From assembly GCA_964504535.1 (NCBI GenBank), contig CAZDED010000001.1, forward strand, positions 37,804-101,803: DNA of 64,000 bases, read 5' to 3'. The stretch's first letter is position 1, and every line of letters starts with the position of its first letter. Made by a program: the position numbers and the translations under genes. The notes under the pieces were generated by a model that did no database searches, was not told the origin of the DNA, and saw nothing but the letters and a program-made list of their open reading frames with translations. Shown here in pieces: positions 19,685 through 31,863 of the stretch. Source of the DNA: an uncultured Gammaproteobacteria bacterium (GTDB lineage Bacteria > Patescibacteriota > Microgenomatia > Levybacterales > GWA1-39-11).

Positions 19685-20401
19685 GTGAGCAAGGTACCAT
19701 TTGTCATCATCGGAATTCTCTTAGTCACTGCAATTTGCATAGTCATCTTTTCAACTAACGACGGCAAAAATCCTCTAGCAGCTTTAGGCAACCTCACCCC
19801 AACTCCTGCATCAAATATAAATCTGTATGGTGATCAGGGAACACAAAGCCCACTGCAAGGTCAACAACAGACTCAGTCACAAACTCAACAACAAGCTCCT
19901 CCAACTCAAGCCATCGTGCCAACTGTAGCAGCACCTGATATAATCACAGCTACGATGGCAACTATTCACACAGCAAAGGGAGACATTGAGATAGAATTCT
20001 ATCCAAAAGATGCACCAAAAACGGTTGCTAATTTTTCGACGCTAGCCAAGAAGGGTTACTACAATGGGCTTACATTCCATAGAGTTGAAGCTGGATTTGT
20101 TATCCAAGGAGGGGATCCAAATGGCAACGGGTCAGGTGGTTACTCTATCTATGGACCGACATTTGAAGATGAGCTAAATCCGGATACCGCAAGTTATAAA
20201 GCCGGATACAAAGAAGGGGTTGTTGCTATGGCCAATCGGGGACCCAATACAAACGGTTCACAATTTTTCATTATGCTTGATGACAATGATTCATTACCAA
20301 AAAACTACACAATATTTGGGAAAGTCACAAAAGGGCTAGATGTAGTCCACAAAATTGCTGTCGGTGACAAAATGACAACTGTCGAAGTTACTGATCAATA
20401 A
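19685..20401 (+). CDS. ppiB: membrane-anchored cyclophilin-type peptidyl-prolyl cis-trans isomerase
   Basis: GTG start; N-terminal TM; Gln-rich linker; [15 protein letters not shown]...[13 protein letters not shown] cyclophilin core. Confidence 0.85.
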   Translation: MSKVPFVIIGILLVTAICIVIFSTNDGKNPLAALGNLTPTPASNINLYGDQGTQSPLQGQQQTQSQTQQQAPPTQAIVPTVAAPDIITATMATIHTAKGDIEIEFYPKDAPKTVANFSTLAKKGYYNGLTFHRVEAGFVIQGGDPNGNGSGGYSIYGPTFEDELNPDTASYKAGYKEGVVAMANRGPNTNGSQFFIMLDDNDSLPKNYTIFGKVTKGLDVVHKIAVGDKMTTVEVTDQ

Positions 20402-20406
20402 CTCTA

Positions 20407-20853
20407 TTACTCGAATCCTTCTTCGTTCTTTTTCGGAGAAAATCTTATTGCCAGTACCCGAATACAGATCAGTGTCAACAAAATCACTGAAAGCATTGCA
20501 ACCATTGGAACATTAATCCCACCCTTAAACCACAAAGTAATGACTTCATTTAATAGCACGATCAAAACAGTGTCGACTATATATCGTATCTTTACCCTCC
20601 CATCATGTAGATAACTCATTGCAATTCTTAGAACTTCAACTAATGCAAGCAAAATGACTGAATCGACAATTATTTGTCTTATAAACTCCTCTATACTTTT
20701 TGGGAAATATAGGTAAATATCTGTTATTATTTTCAGTATTCCCAAAAAAAAGCTAAAGAGAATAATTACTGTAAGAAAACTCAAAAGAAAGCGGGTGATT
20801 AAAATGAATGAAATAGTTCTGCCACGTGTCACATGCTGTATTTTTCTTAGCAC
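20407..20853 (-). CDS. small polytopic membrane protein (PsiE-like?)
   Basis: 148 aa, four predicted TM helices; family uncertain. Confidence 0.35.
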   Translation of the reverse strand: MLRKIQHVTRGRTISFILITRFLLSFLTVIILFSFFLGILKIITDIYLYFPKSIEEFIRQIIVDSVILLALVEVLRIAMSYLHDGRVKIRYIVDTVLIVLLNEVITLWFKGGINVPMVAMLSVILLTLICIRVLAIRFSPKKNEEGFE

Positions 20854-20956
20854 GTATTAAGTTTACTCTGGGTATATATCAATTTTCAAGCAATAATTTT
20901 TTGGCGTTTGTGCGATTTTGGGAGATCAATTCCATTTTGGTATACTACTCTTTATT

Positions 20957-21868
20957 ATGTCTACGATAAAAACACATATTTCTGGTGAAAAAGTATTAGA
21001 AATTCTTAAAGAGAAATTCGATCCAGATATTAAATCTGTATTATCACTAATGGGCGGAGAGATGTCTCAAGCATTCTCATTTGTCAGCAAAGAAACGCAT
21101 TTTGTTATCCGTTTCTATAAGGAATCTACTAGTTTTAGAAAGGATAAATATGCCCATGACCATTTCGCAAGTTCTCAAGTACCTATTCCCAAAACTCACA
21201 AAATCGGTAGACTAGATGATAATTCGCTCTACTATTCCATTACTGATAAAGTTAAAGGCAAAAACTTAGATCAATTGGATCAGACTACAAGGGAAAAATT
21301 GATTCTACAAGAGATCGAGATTTTACATGCTCTGCATAGTTCTAATATCAAACAAAAAGGATACGGATGGTGGGATCAGAATGGATACGCTAAATATTCT
21401 TCTTGGCAAGAAAATTTGCATGCAAAGAAAGAACATGTTGATAGCGATTTTTTTAAAGTTAACAAACAATTTGCTCCCGAAAAAAAAGACATAGAAATTG
21501 TTTATAAAAAAATGCTAGAACTTATCCCAAAAATGCCAAACGTACGTTTTCTTGTTCATGCAGATTACGGTATGAGCAATCTTATATCCGATGGTGAAAA
21601 AATAACAGGGGTTTTGGATTTTGGAAATTCAATGTACGGAGATTTTCTGTATGATGTAGCCTGGATGGATTTCTGGTTGAGTGGGATGCACTACAAAGAA
21701 AAATTCCAAAAGTTTTATGAAATAAAAAAGATTGATGTACCTGATTTTGAAACACGCATATTATGCTATCAATTGCATATGGGGATGGGGATATTAGGTT
21801 TTTTTATAATGTCTGAACAAAAGGAGAAATATGAACTTTCAAAACAACGACTCTTCCAGTTGTTCTAA
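20957..21868 (+). CDS. aminoglycoside/choline-kinase-like phosphotransferase (APH family)
   Basis: Catalytic loop LVHADYGMSNLI (HxDxxxxN) and DFG (VLDFGNS); start moved to the internal ATG. Confidence 0.7.
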   Translation: MSTIKTHISGEKVLEILKEKFDPDIKSVLSLMGGEMSQAFSFVSKETHFVIRFYKESTSFRKDKYAHDHFASSQVPIPKTHKIGRLDDNSLYYSITDKVKGKNLDQLDQTTREKLILQEIEILHALHSSNIKQKGYGWWDQNGYAKYSSWQENLHAKKEHVDSDFFKVNKQFAPEKKDIEIVYKKMLELIPKMPNVRFLVHADYGMSNLISDGEKITGVLDFGNSMYGDFLYDVAWMDFWLSGMHYKEKFQKFYEIKKIDVPDFETRILCYQLHMGMGILGFFIMSEQKEKYELSKQRLFQLF

Positions 21869-21872
21869 CATA

Positions 21873-22337
21873 TCAAAATTTTAAGCGGGAAAACAATACT
21901 ACGCTTGTAACTATTCCGACAACTGCAATACACTGCCAGAATATCTGCATCACTATCCACACCTCTTCTCCTTTGAACCATTCATATGGCCACAATGTGT
22001 GTGGAGGATTTCTATGCTTCACTGCAAATTGTTCCAAGAACCAGTAAAGGACTTCTCCTAAAGACCTTATCATCCAGAATACTGAAATAATGAGAAGAAA
22101 TATGATCCATTGGTTTAAAAGTAAACAAAATATTGAAACCAAAAAGAAAAATAATCCAAAAACGATTGCGTCTATCCAGACAAATGCACCAAGGGGATTG
22201 AATACATTACAAAGACCAAATGAATTTTTTTTGTTTTTTAAACCCAACAAAAACCCACAAAACGCATAAACACCCCACAAGACCACAATATAACTCTGCC
22301 AAAAAACCATATGAATATTCAATAACATTTTTTCCAT
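21873..22337 (-). CDS. hypothetical integral membrane protein
   Basis: 154 aa with 4-5 hydrophobic segments; no recognisable motif. Confidence 0.35.
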   Translation of the reverse strand: MEKMLLNIHMVFWQSYIVVLWGVYAFCGFLLGLKNKKNSFGLCNVFNPLGAFVWIDAIVFGLFFFLVSIFCLLLNQWIIFLLIISVFWMIRSLGEVLYWFLEQFAVKHRNPPHTLWPYEWFKGEEVWIVMQIFWQCIAVVGIVTSVVLFSRLKF

Positions 22338-22440
22338 CTTCGATGGAATAAACCTCTAAAGGAAAATGTTTTTCCTCCTCAATTCATCACTACAAAGAAA
22401 TAAAATGAGTTTTCTTGAGGTATCCAATAAATCCTGAAGA

Positions 22441-22920
22441 TTAGAATCTGAAGTGAGCGAATGCTTTGTTAGCATCTGCCATTTTGTGAACGTTATCTCT
22501 TTTTCTTATAGCTTCTCCTTCGTTATTTACCGCTGCTATGATCTCTGCTGCCAATTTCTCAGAAAAAGTCTTGAATTCTGAATTTGGTTTCTTTCTTGTT
22601 GCCTCAAGAAGCCATCTGATTGAAAGGGAGATCTTTCTTGTCCCTCGTACTTCTTGTGGCACTTGATATGCTGCTCCTCCGACTCTTTTTGCCTTTACTT
22701 CTTGCTTTGGTGCGATTGTATCCAATGCCTTTTCAAAAGTAGCTAAAGGCTCCATTCCTTTTGATTTTAGGATCTCAAATGCTTTATATACATTTTGTTG
22801 TGCAACTGTCTTTTTACCATCTTCCATCACATTATTAATAAATTTAGTAAGAAGAGCACTTCCATATATCGGGTCTGGCGTCATTACTCTTTTTGGTATG
22901 TTTTGGTGTCCTCTTGGCAT
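22441..22920 (-). CDS. rpsG: 30S ribosomal protein S7
   Basis: MPRGHQNIPKR...DPIYGS..L..FIN...DGKK consensus. Confidence 0.97.
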   Translation of the reverse strand: MPRGHQNIPKRVMTPDPIYGSALLTKFINNVMEDGKKTVAQQNVYKAFEILKSKGMEPLATFEKALDTIAPKQEVKAKRVGGAAYQVPQEVRGTRKISLSIRWLLEATRKKPNSEFKTFSEKLAAEIIAAVNNEGEAIRKRDNVHKMADANKAFAHFRF

Positions 22921-22923
22921 ATT

Positions 22924-23349
22924 CTAAGCGGCGGCTTGCCCTCCTCCTTTTTTGGCTCCGTATTTTGATCTAGATGTCTTTCTTCCCTGTACGCCAGCAA
23001 GATCAAATTTTCCTCTTACTAAATGGTATTTTACTCCAGGCAAATCTTTTACACGACCACCTCTTACAAGTACGATTCCGTGCTCAGCTAAATTGTGTCC
23101 AATTCCTTGGATGTATGCCGTTACCTCTTCTCTATTTGATAATTTTACACGGGCTACTTTACGAAGAGCTGAATTAGGCTTTTTTGGAGTCATTGTTCGG
23201 ACAAGAGTTACTACTCCTCTTTTTTGTGGAGAAGGATTCTCAGTATAAGCTCTATTTTTTGCATTAAAAATAGTCCGAAGACCGGTTGCTTTGATCTTTT
23301 TGTTCTTTTTTGATCGTCCTTTTTTGACGAGTTGATTTAATGTTGGCAT
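22924..23349 (-). CDS. rpsL: 30S ribosomal protein S12
   Basis: [12 protein letters not shown]...[18 protein letters not shown]...[29 protein letters not shown]. Confidence 0.97.
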   Translation of the reverse strand: MPTLNQLVKKGRSKKNKKIKATGLRTIFNAKNRAYTENPSPQKRGVVTLVRTMTPKKPNSALRKVARVKLSNREEVTAYIQGIGHNLAEHGIVLVRGGRVKDLPGVKYHLVRGKFDLAGVQGRKTSRSKYGAKKGGGQAAA

Positions 23350-23357
23350 AGGGGTGA

Positions 23358-26300
23358 TTATACACTTTCTTCAGGCTCATTTCCAGACTCTGCAGGAGTT
23401 TCTGTTTCGGAAGTTTCTTCCTCTACTTTTTCTTCTGTGTTTTCTTCTACAGCTGGTTCTTCAATTGCTGGAGTTTCAGAAACATCTGCTCCCTCTACTT
23501 CTTCAACATCAGTTGCAACCATTGGCACCATTTCAACGCTTTCTGGCTCAATGTAATTGTCCATTAAGTGTTCACGTACTGGAATAAGACGTCCAACGAT
23601 AACGTTTTCTTTAAGTCCGATAAGATTATCAACCTTTCCTTCAAGTGAAGCATCTGTCAGAACTTGAGTTGTTTCTTGGAATGAAGCTGCTGACAACCAT
23701 GAGTCGGTAACAAGTGCTGCTTTAGTGACTCCAAGCATGGTCTCTCTTGCTGTTGCTGGTTCTCCACCCTCTGCAATAACTGCTGCATTTTCATCTTCAA
23801 ATCTTAACTTTGAGATGAGATCTCCTGGAAGCAGGGAGGTGTCTCCGGTTGTTTCAATCATTACCTTATCAGACATCTTTCTAACGATTGTTTCAAAATG
23901 CTTGTAATGAATTGAAATACCTTGTGATTCATACACGTATTGGATCTGGTCGATAAGATACTGTTGTGCTTTTTGAAGTCCACCAACTTTCAAAACATCT
24001 TTTGGATCCAAATGTCCTTCACAAAGTTGTGTTCCAGATACTACCTGTTCTCCATCAGTAATAAGTAAACTTGAAGCAAGTGGAACAAAATATTCACGCT
24101 CTTCAACAGGCTTTACTTTAGTATTTTTGATCTTAACGATGTATCCGTCTTCAACTTTCTCAACACTTGCTTTACCGGTGATTTCAGCAACAGGTGCCAA
24201 ATTCTTTGGACGTCTTACCTCAAAGAGTTCTTCAACCCTTGGAAGACCTTGCGTAACGTCACTCATAACAACTCCTCCAAAGTGCTTAACACGCATTGTT
24301 AGCTGAGTTCCAGGCTCTCCGATAGATTGTGCAGCAATTACTCCAACTGGTGTCCCAAGGTCTGCTCTCTTGTATGAAGAAAGATCCCATCCATAACAAG
24401 CTGCGCACATTCCGTATTTAAGTCTGCAGTAGATAGGAGTTCTAACGTCCGCTGCCATTACAGAATCGTCCTTTAGAATTTCGTCAAGCTTTTCGTGATC
24501 AATATCATCACCTTTTTTGACATATACTTTCTTTGTTTTCTTTGAAGTTATATCTTTAAGAGCTACTCTTCCCAAAAGCATGTTAACAATTGGTGTTATG
24601 TTCTCTCTATTCTCAAGTGGGACATGATACCCAATTGTGCTACCACAGTCTGCTTCACGGATGATAACGTCATGAGTAACGTCAACTAGACGACGTGTAA
24701 GATATCCAGCATCAGCAGTCTTAAGAGCTGAGTCGGTAAGACCTTTTCTTGATCCTCTTGCAGAGTTTACGTATTCAAAGATTGAAAGACCTTCTCTAAA
24801 GTTAGATTTGATCGGCAATTCAACGATACGTCCTAGTGGATCGTATATAAGTCCTCTCATAGCAGCAAGCTGCTTGATCTGATCTTTTCCAGCACGAGCA
24901 CCTCCCGAATCAGCGATGATCCGGACGATATCATTTTTAGCAAATAGATCCCATGTAAGATTTGCCATTTTCTCAGTTACCTCAAGCCATACGTGATTCA
25001 TAAGTCTCTTCTGCTCTGAGAGAGTAATAAGTCCCTGTTGATATTCGTTCTCAATCTCTTGGATTTGCTTCTCAGCAGCATCGATAAGAGTATCTTTGTT
25101 ATCAAGCATCTTAAGATCAAATGTACTTACTGAGATTCCGGAAATTGTTGCTGCGTAAAACCCGATCTCTTTGATCTTGTCGATAAGATTTGCAACCTCA
25201 ATCTCTGAGATTTCAACCATAGCTTTTGTAATGATCTCTCGGATGGTTGATGCTTTTATCTCTTCGTTAACAAATCTCATCTTCATTGGTAATGCTTCGT
25301 TGAACATGATCCTTCCCAGTGTAGTCTCGAAGGTCTTGCCATCAAATCTGATCATGATAGGCTCACGAAGAGTTATCATCTTAAGAGACAATGCCAAGTA
25401 TCCTTCTGCTGGATTTGCAAACATAGGTAATGTTTCTTTTCTCTTAGACTCGTCAATTGAGGTCAAGTAGAACATTCCAAGTGCCATCTCTTTGTTTGGA
25501 AGAGTGATTGGATTTCCATCAGCAGGTTTTAGAAGATTTGATGCAGGCATCATGAGATTGATAGCCTCTTCTTGTGCACGTTGTGAAAGCGGAACGTGAA
25601 TAGCCATTTGGTCACCATCAAAATCAGCATTGTAACCTGCGCAGACACAAGGATGGATCTTAATAGCACTACCCTCAACCAGCACAGGATAAAATGCCTG
25701 TATACCCAATTTGTGAAGGGTTGGAGCGCGGTTAAGAAGCACCGGATGATTTTTAGTGATCTCTTCCAATATGTCAAAAACTTCCGGTGGTCTCTTTTCA
25801 ATATATCTCTTAGCAGCTTTTGCATTTGGAGTTGTCAGTCCCCGTGCGATGATCTCACGAATAACAAAGGGCTTGAAAAGTTCTAGTGCCATCTCTTTTG
25901 GAAGTCCGCACTGGTTAAGTGACAACTCTGGTCCGACGATAATAACTGACCGTCCTGAATAATCAACACGCTTTCCGAGAAGATTCTTTCTGAAACGTCC
26001 TTGCTTTCCGCGCAGTACATCTGAAAGTGATTTAAATTGTCTTTGAGTGGATGAAGCTCTAATTGATGTATCGATAAGATAATCAACAGATTCCTGAAGC
26101 ATTCTCTTCTCATTTCTCAAGATGATTTCAGGTGCACCAAGTGAAATAAGGTGATTAAGTCTATTATTTCTATTGATAACTCTTCTGTAAAGATCATTAA
26201 GATCTGAAGTTGCAAATCTTCCTCCATTTAACTGAACCATCGGTCTAAGGTCTGGTGGAAGCACAGGAAGAACCCTCAAAACCATTGATGAAAGGTCAAA

Positions 26301-27314
26301 TCCGGCTTCATTGATGGCTTCAATAAGGTGAAGTCTTTTAAGAAGTTTTAGTTGTTTTTGACCTGATGATTTATTTTCATCTTCGCGGAGTTGTCCAATG
26401 ATTTTTGGAATATCCATCTGCTCGATCGCATGAAGGATTGCACTTGCTCCCGTTTCAACTTCAAAGAAGATGATTACATCATATTCCAAAAGTCGCACGT
26501 ATTCCTCTTCTGAGAGAACGTCCCAATTCTTAAGTCCTTTAACAATGTCATTGATTCTGTCAAAAATTTCTTCAATTCTTGATCCTTCATTTTCAAGTCT
26601 TTTGTCTAAAGCTGCATTTTTCTGTTTATAATTAACTCTTTGTTCTTCAAGTACGAGATCTTTTCTCTCTTTCTTAAGAGTTGCTTTAGTATCGGTAAGT
26701 TTTTCTTTTTCCTCGAGAGCAAGTCTTGCCTTCTCATCTTCGATAGTCTTTTTAAGTTCAGCGAGTCTAGATTGTTTGACTTCTTCGAGTGCTTGTTGCG
26801 CTTCTTTTCTTTTATCTTCATCAATTGTAGTAACTAAATAGCTTGCGTAATAGATGATAGACTCAAGCTCTTTTTGTGAAGTACCAAGAAGAGTTGAAAG
26901 CTTTGATGGTGATCCCTTTGAGAACCAAACATGAATGACAGGAGCAGCCAATGTGATATGCCCCATTCTCTCACGTCGAACACGAGAGTAAGTAACTTCA
27001 ACACCACATCTGTCACAAACTATTCCCTTATAACGGATTCTTTTGTATTTTCCGCAGTAACATTCAAAATCACGCGTCGGTCCAAATATTCTTTCGTCAA
27101 AAAGACCATCTTTCTCTGCTCTGAATGTACGGTAGTTGATCGTTTCTGGCTTTGTTACTTCGCCATATGACCAATTCTTTATGTCATCAGGTGAGGCTAC
27201 AGTAATACGAAGTCCTTCAAAATCAGAAATGTTAATAACATCATTTCTTCTTTGAACTGCCTTTGGTGCAAATGCGCCGTCTCTATATTGTTGATTTCCG
27301 TCTTGTGGTTCCAT
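23358..27314 (-). CDS. rpoC: DNA-directed RNA polymerase beta' subunit
   Basis: Zn finger CxxC...Cxx[15 protein letters not shown] catalytic motif, trigger loop/bridge helix; about 80-aa acidic C-terminal tail. Confidence 0.98.
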   Translation of the reverse strand: MEPQDGNQQYRDGAFAPKAVQRRNDVINISDFEGLRITVASPDDIKNWSYGEVTKPETINYRTFRAEKDGLFDERIFGPTRDFECYCGKYKRIRYKGIVCDRCGVEVTYSRVRRERMGHITLAAPVIHVWFSKGSPSKLSTLLGTSQKELESIIYYASYLVTTIDEDKRKEAQQALEEVKQSRLAELKKTIEDEKARLALEEKEKLTDTKATLKKERKDLVLEEQRVNYKQKNAALDKRLENEGSRIEEIFDRINDIVKGLKNWDVLSEEEYVRLLEYDVIIFFEVETGASAILHAIEQMDIPKIIGQLREDENKSSGQKQLKLLKRLHLIEAINEAGFDLSSMVLRVLPVLPPDLRPMVQLNGGRFATSDLNDLYRRVINRNNRLNHLISLGAPEIILRNEKRMLQESVDYLIDTSIRASSTQRQFKSLSDVLRGKQGRFRKNLLGKRVDYSGRSVIIVGPELSLNQCGLPKEMALELFKPFVIREIIARGLTTPNAKAAKRYIEKRPPEVFDILEEITKNHPVLLNRAPTLHKLGIQAFYPVLVEGSAIKIHPCVCAGYNADFDGDQMAIHVPLSQRAQEEAINLMMPASNLLKPADGNPITLPNKEMALGMFYLTSIDESKRKETLPMFANPAEGYLALSLKMITLREPIMIRFDGKTFETTLGRIMFNEALPMKMRFVNEEIKASTIREIITKAMVEISEIEVANLIDKIKEIGFYAATISGISVSTFDLKMLDNKDTLIDAAEKQIQEIENEYQQGLITLSEQKRLMNHVWLEVTEKMANLTWDLFAKNDIVRIIADSGGARAGKDQIKQLAAMRGLIYDPLGRIVELPIKSNFREGLSIFEYVNSARGSRKGLTDSALKTADAGYLTRRLVDVTHDVIIREADCGSTIGYHVPLENRENITPIVNMLLGRVALKDITSKKTKKVYVKKGDDIDHEKLDEILKDDSVMAADVRTPIYCRLKYGMCAACYGWDLSSYKRADLGTPVGVIAAQSIGEPGTQLTMRVKHFGGVVMSDVTQGLPRVEELFEVRRPKNLAPVAEITGKASVEKVEDGYIVKIKNTKVKPVEEREYFVPLASSLLITDGEQVVSGTQLCEGHLDPKDVLKVGGLQKAQQYLIDQIQYVYESQGISIHYKHFETIVRKMSDKVMIETTGDTSLLPGDLISKLRFEDENAAVIAEGGEPATARETMLGVTKAALVTDSWLSAASFQETTQVLTDASLEGKVDNLIGLKENVIVGRLIPVREHLMDNYIEPESVEMVPMVATDVEEVEGADVSETPAIEEPAVEENTEEKVEEETSETETPAESGNEPEESV

Positions 27315-27318
27315 ATTT

Positions 27319-30300
27319 TTAGTTTTGTCCTCCTTCTTCTACAGGTACATCATCTGCTGTTTGTTCTGTTCCTTCAACTGAATCTGTTATAAGTTCTGCT
27401 TCAGGTGTTAAAATAGGATCTGTTGTCTCTGTTTCTACATCTTCAACTTCCAATGCTTCTTGTAATTCTTCAGATTCTTTCTTAACTTCTTCAGCAGCGT
27501 CACTGACATCCTCATCTTCTTCATCGGCAATAACTGCTGCTGTAGGTTGGATATTCATACCCAATGATTGAAGCTCACGGATCAGAACCTTGAATGATTC
27601 TGGAACTTTAGGAGTTGGGATGTCAACACCTTTAATGATTGCTTCAAATGCCTTGGCACGACCTGCAACATCGTCTGATTTTATAGTTAACATTTCCTGT
27701 AAAGTGTAGGCTGCTCTATGTGATTCAAGAGCCCAGACTTCCATTTCCCCTAACCTTTGTCCTCCCATTTGAGCTTTTCCGCCCAATGGTTGTTGTGTAA
27801 CAAGTGAGTATGGTCCAGTTGATCTTGCATGAGTCTTATCCTCAACCATGTGGATAAGCTTCATGATATATCCGATTCCAACAACTACATTATTTTCGTA
27901 TGCATCCCCTGTTCTTGCATCATACAATTTTACCTTAGCATCGGCAGGAATGCCTGCTTGTTTTAGCAGAGCAAAAAGTCTTTCTTCTTCAGTCTTTTCA
28001 AATACAGGAACTGCTATTTTATCACCTAATCTCTTTGCTGCCCAGCCTGCATGTGCTTCAAGAAGCTGACCCAAATTCATACGTCCAAGTACTGATATAG
28101 GTGAAATCATGATATCAACCGGCGTTCCATCCTCTAAATAAGGCATGTCAGATTGTGGAACGATTTTTGAAATGACACCTTTATTTCCGTGACGTCCGGC
28201 AAGTTTATCTCCAACTACAACGTGTCTCAGTTGAGCCACCTCAATAAGAAGTTTTCTTATTGTTCCAGGCTCCAATTCGTCTCCTTTTTCGCGATCAAGA
28301 ACTTGTACTGATGTGACGATTCCATGCTCTCCGTGAGGCATTCGAAGAGAAGTATCTCGTACTTCTCGAGCTTTTTCTCCAAAAATGGCCCTCAAAAGTC
28401 TTTCTTCAGCAGTAAGCTCAGTTTCACCTTTTGGAGCGATTTTTCCAACTAAAATATCTCCTGGATTTACCTCAGATCCGACGACTACGATTCCTTCTTC
28501 ATCAAGATTGGCCAAATCTTCCTCAGCTACATTTGGGATGTCACGAGTGGTCTCTTCAGGTCCTAATTTTGTATCAACAACCGTCGCTTCATATTTTTCG
28601 ATATGAACTGAAGAAAGCTCGTCGTCTTTTACAAGTCTGTCTGAAATAACAATAGCATCCTCATATCCAAGTCCATCATATGACGCATATGCTATAAGAA
28701 GGTTTTTACCAAGAGCCAATTCTCCATTATCTGTAGCCGGTCCATCAACAAGTACGTCTCCTTTTTTAACTTTTTGACCCATAAATACGACTGGTTTTTC
28801 TGAGAAATACGTGTTTTGAGCCGTTCTCTTGAACTTCTCAATATCGTATTCCATCTTGCCATTTTTACCAGAAATAACAACTTTATTTGCATCTAGAAAA
28901 GTAATTTCTCCGTCAAATGGAGCTTTTACGACTCTCCCCATAGCTTCAGCAACTGTGGCTTCCATACCAGTTCCGACAACAGGAGATTCTGTCTTTATAA
29001 GAGGTACTGCTTGACACTGCATGTGCGTTCCCATAAGTGCACGGTTAGCTTCGTCATGATCAACAAATGGGATAAGTGATGCGCTGGTACCAACTACTTG
29101 TCTTGGAATAACATCAATATATTGTATTTTACTTTGCTCAACCTCAAGATATTCTCCACGATACCTGGCCGGAACGAGATCATCCAATAGATATCCCGCA
29201 TCATCAACTTTGATATCAGCATGGGTAATATATTGGTCTGACTCGACATCCGCATCAAGATATACGAGTTCTTCAGTCACTTTTGCAACAGTTTTTCCAC
29301 CTTTTTTGACATGCTCAACTTTTCTATAAGGCGCTTCTAGAAACCCGAACTCATTAACTCGAGCGTAAAGAGCAAGGTACGTTACAAGACCGATATTTGG
29401 ACCTTCAGGACTTCTTACTGGGCAAATTTTTGAATATTGTGATGCATTGATGTCACGGATGGAGAATGAAGCTCTTTCTCTTGAAATACCACCGGTACCC
29501 ATAACGGTAAGGCGTCGTAGGTTGTCGATTTCTGCTAATGGATTTGTCTGATCGAGGATTGCTGATAACTGAGAAGTTCTGAAGAATTCGTTGATTGCTG
29601 CAATAATAGGGTGAGCGTTTATGAAATGGGACGGCGAATAGATCTCTTCTGTTGAAGTAAGTGACATCTTTTCCTTGATGATTCTCTCAAGTCTCAATGC
29701 TCCGACTCTAAATGCGGTTGTTTGAACCAATTCTCCAACACTTCTGACACGTCTGTTGGCTAGATGATCAATATCGTCAACTTTACCTTTACCCTGTGTA
29801 AGACCGATAAGATATTTGATGATGCCAATGATATCCTCAACAGCCAAAGTTGCAACGGTTCCATCAACACCTGCATTAAGTCCATTAAGTTTCTTATTAA
29901 TTTTGTAACGTCCAACCATAGAAAGGTCGTAACGACGTCTGTCGAAAAAGGTATCTCTGAAGTTTTGGCGGATTGTATCAATAACAACTGGTTCTCCAGG
30001 ATTTAATTTCTTAAAGATTTCTATAAGAGCGTCTGTTGATCCTTTAGCTTCATCTTTAGAAAGTGTAAGCTTGATAACTTCTTCAGCACCTTCTGTATCT
30101 TTGAATTTTTCATAAATTTCTTCGTTTGTTTCGATACCCAAAGACTTAAGAAAAACAGTTCCTAAAAATTTCTTTCGTCTGTCAATTCTGACAACGATCA
30201 TGTCTGTTCTTGTGGTTGAAATCTCAAGCCATGAACCATGAACTGGTCGAAGCTCAGCTGTGTAGAGGGTTTTTCCTGTTATTGGATCTTCTGCTCCTGT

Positions 30301-30723
30301 AAAAAAGACTCCCGGAGATCTAACAATTTGGTTAACAATTACTCTTTCAATTCCATTTACGATAAAAGTCGCTCTCTCAGTCATTTTTGGCACTTCTCCT
30401 AAGAAAACTTCCTGAGTTACTTTCTTTCCTGTCTTCTTATTAAGAAGAGTTGCCTCAACTGTAAGAGGGCAGAAAAAAGTAAGACCTTTTTTCATTGCCA
30501 ACTCTTCTGTAATTTTTGGCTCACCAAGCTTATATTCACCAAGGGATAATTCCCAATTTTTACCGGTAAAATCTTCGATAGGGGATATTTCCTCAATTAC
30601 CTCGGCAATTCCCTCCGCAAGAAACCATTTGTAAGACTCTTTCTGGATACCCAAAAGATCCATCTCGGGAAGCTTTTCTACTTGCTTGCCCCAATATTGT
30701 CGCAATTTGTTTTGTTTTAACAT
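27319..30723 (-). CDS. rpoB: DNA-directed RNA polymerase beta subunit
   Basis: Conserved rpoB segments throughout (e.g. GDKLAGRHGNKGV); start moved to the internal ATG at 30723 (MLKQNKLRQYWG); acidic C-terminal tail. Confidence 0.97.
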   Translation of the reverse strand: MLKQNKLRQYWGKQVEKLPEMDLLGIQKESYKWFLAEGIAEVIEEISPIEDFTGKNWELSLGEYKLGEPKITEELAMKKGLTFFCPLTVEATLLNKKTGKKVTQEVFLGEVPKMTERATFIVNGIERVIVNQIVRSPGVFFTGAEDPITGKTLYTAELRPVHGSWLEISTTRTDMIVVRIDRRKKFLGTVFLKSLGIETNEEIYEKFKDTEGAEEVIKLTLSKDEAKGSTDALIEIFKKLNPGEPVVIDTIRQNFRDTFFDRRRYDLSMVGRYKINKKLNGLNAGVDGTVATLAVEDIIGIIKYLIGLTQGKGKVDDIDHLANRRVRSVGELVQTTAFRVGALRLERIIKEKMSLTSTEEIYSPSHFINAHPIIAAINEFFRTSQLSAILDQTNPLAEIDNLRRLTVMGTGGISRERASFSIRDINASQYSKICPVRSPEGPNIGLVTYLALYARVNEFGFLEAPYRKVEHVKKGGKTVAKVTEELVYLDADVESDQYITHADIKVDDAGYLLDDLVPARYRGEYLEVEQSKIQYIDVIPRQVVGTSASLIPFVDHDEANRALMGTHMQCQAVPLIKTESPVVGTGMEATVAEAMGRVVKAPFDGEITFLDANKVVISGKNGKMEYDIEKFKRTAQNTYFSEKPVVFMGQKVKKGDVLVDGPATDNGELALGKNLLIAYASYDGLGYEDAIVISDRLVKDDELSSVHIEKYEATVVDTKLGPEETTRDIPNVAEEDLANLDEEGIVVVGSEVNPGDILVGKIAPKGETELTAEERLLRAIFGEKAREVRDTSLRMPHGEHGIVTSVQVLDREKGDELEPGTIRKLLIEVAQLRHVVVGDKLAGRHGNKGVISKIVPQSDMPYLEDGTPVDIMISPISVLGRMNLGQLLEAHAGWAAKRLGDKIAVPVFEKTEEERLFALLKQAGIPADAKVKLYDARTGDAYENNVVVGIGYIMKLIHMVEDKTHARSTGPYSLVTQQPLGGKAQMGGQRLGEMEVWALESHRAAYTLQEMLTIKSDDVAGRAKAFEAIIKGVDIPTPKVPESFKVLIRELQSLGMNIQPTAAVIADEEDEDVSDAAEEVKKESEELQEALEVEDVETETTDPILTPEAELITDSVEGTEQTADDVPVEEGGQN

Positions 30724-30869
30724 CGGAAATGAAAAGAAGTGTCTCCAATCACGAAAAAAAACGATGAGCACACATGTACCCATCTTTTTTTACATGTTGT
30801 TTACATATACAGCATTTAATTATTATTGTCAATACCCTTTTTTACGATTGACAAAAATTGAGCTCAAAA

Positions 30870-31820
30870 TTAGTTCAAATACTTTTGTATATTTGCGTTG
30901 TGTTCTGAGAGTGTCTTTGAAAAATGCACGTTGCCTTTAGGGTCATGAATATAATAGTAGTAATCGCTTGAGGCTGGTTTATACGCAGCTTCAATTGCTT
31001 CGATTCCTGGATTTGAAATAGGTCCAGGTGGAATTCCAGGATACATATAGGTGTTGTAGAGAGAATTTATTTTTCTGTCAGCACCTGTTGGCACAGCCCA
31101 CCATTCCCCGGCAGAATTCTTTCCCTTTGCATATTGAAGCGTTGCATCTATATCAAGAGCCATTCCATCGTTCAATCTGTTGTACAAAACCGAGGCAATA
31201 AGAGGTTTTTCATCATCTCGCAAAGCCTCACGCTCAATGAGGGAGGCGAGTGTTACTATTTCCTGCAGTTTTGCACTGTCCTTAGAAAGTCCGATAGAGT
31301 TGATTCTTGTATTGAAATTGTTCCTCATAATCGAAATTACAGTTGCTACATCAGCATCTTTTGGAATTAGATAGGTATCAGGAAACAAATACCCTTCTTC
31401 TTCTCTCAAGGCGGGAACCCAACTAGCCTGAAATGTAGGAATTTCACGCTTCAAAACCTCACCAATCTCTTCTGCACGGTACCCTTCAGGTATAGTGACC
31501 CACGTATCGATGGTTCCGTGATTTATAGCATCCATAATTTGAGTCAAATTCATCGATGGTGAAAGCTTGTATGACCCTGCCTGAATCTTAAAGTCTAAAT
31601 TGTTCTTCTTTATATATATGAAGAATACAACAGGATCACGAATAAGTCCTTGCTCTTTGAGGTCATTTCCGATATGCCTTATTGCTGCCCCCTTGGGGAT
31701 AACAAATACTTTTTCTGAGGTATCTTTTTTATTAACCGCAGATATCCCGTTATTCCACCACAATGATCCAAAAATAAAGATAACTACGGCAAGGATGATT
31801 ACTATGGAGAACTTTCGCAT
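30870..31820 (-). CDS. mltG: endolytic murein transglycosylase MltG (YceG family)
   Basis: N-terminal TM; YceG signature ...YYYIHDPKGNVHFSKTLSEHN at the C-terminus; start at internal ATG (MRKFSIVII). Confidence 0.85.
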   Translation of the reverse strand: MRKFSIVIILAVVIFIFGSLWWNNGISAVNKKDTSEKVFVIPKGAAIRHIGNDLKEQGLIRDPVVFFIYIKKNNLDFKIQAGSYKLSPSMNLTQIMDAINHGTIDTWVTIPEGYRAEEIGEVLKREIPTFQASWVPALREEEGYLFPDTYLIPKDADVATVISIMRNNFNTRINSIGLSKDSAKLQEIVTLASLIEREALRDDEKPLIASVLYNRLNDGMALDIDATLQYAKGKNSAGEWWAVPTGADRKINSLYNTYMYPGIPPGPISNPGIEAIEAAYKPASSDYYYYIHDPKGNVHFSKTLSEHNANIQKYLN

Positions 31821-31863
31821 TACTTTTCTTATTTTACCACAAGATAAATTTAGGAATTTCCAC

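Noticed and set aside
23725-30006. Numerous 60-100-aa ORFs on the plus strand inside rpoC and rpoB (e.g. 25171..25470, 25596..25886, 28385..28606, 29764..30006)
   Set aside because: Antisense to highly conserved, clearly coding rpoB/rpoC sequence; no motifs; typical spurious reading frames.
30724-30783. N-terminal 20-aa extension of rpoB (MGTCVLIVFFRDWRHFFSFP)
   Set aside because: Hydrophobic, non-conserved; the conserved rpoB N-terminus begins at the ATG at 30723.
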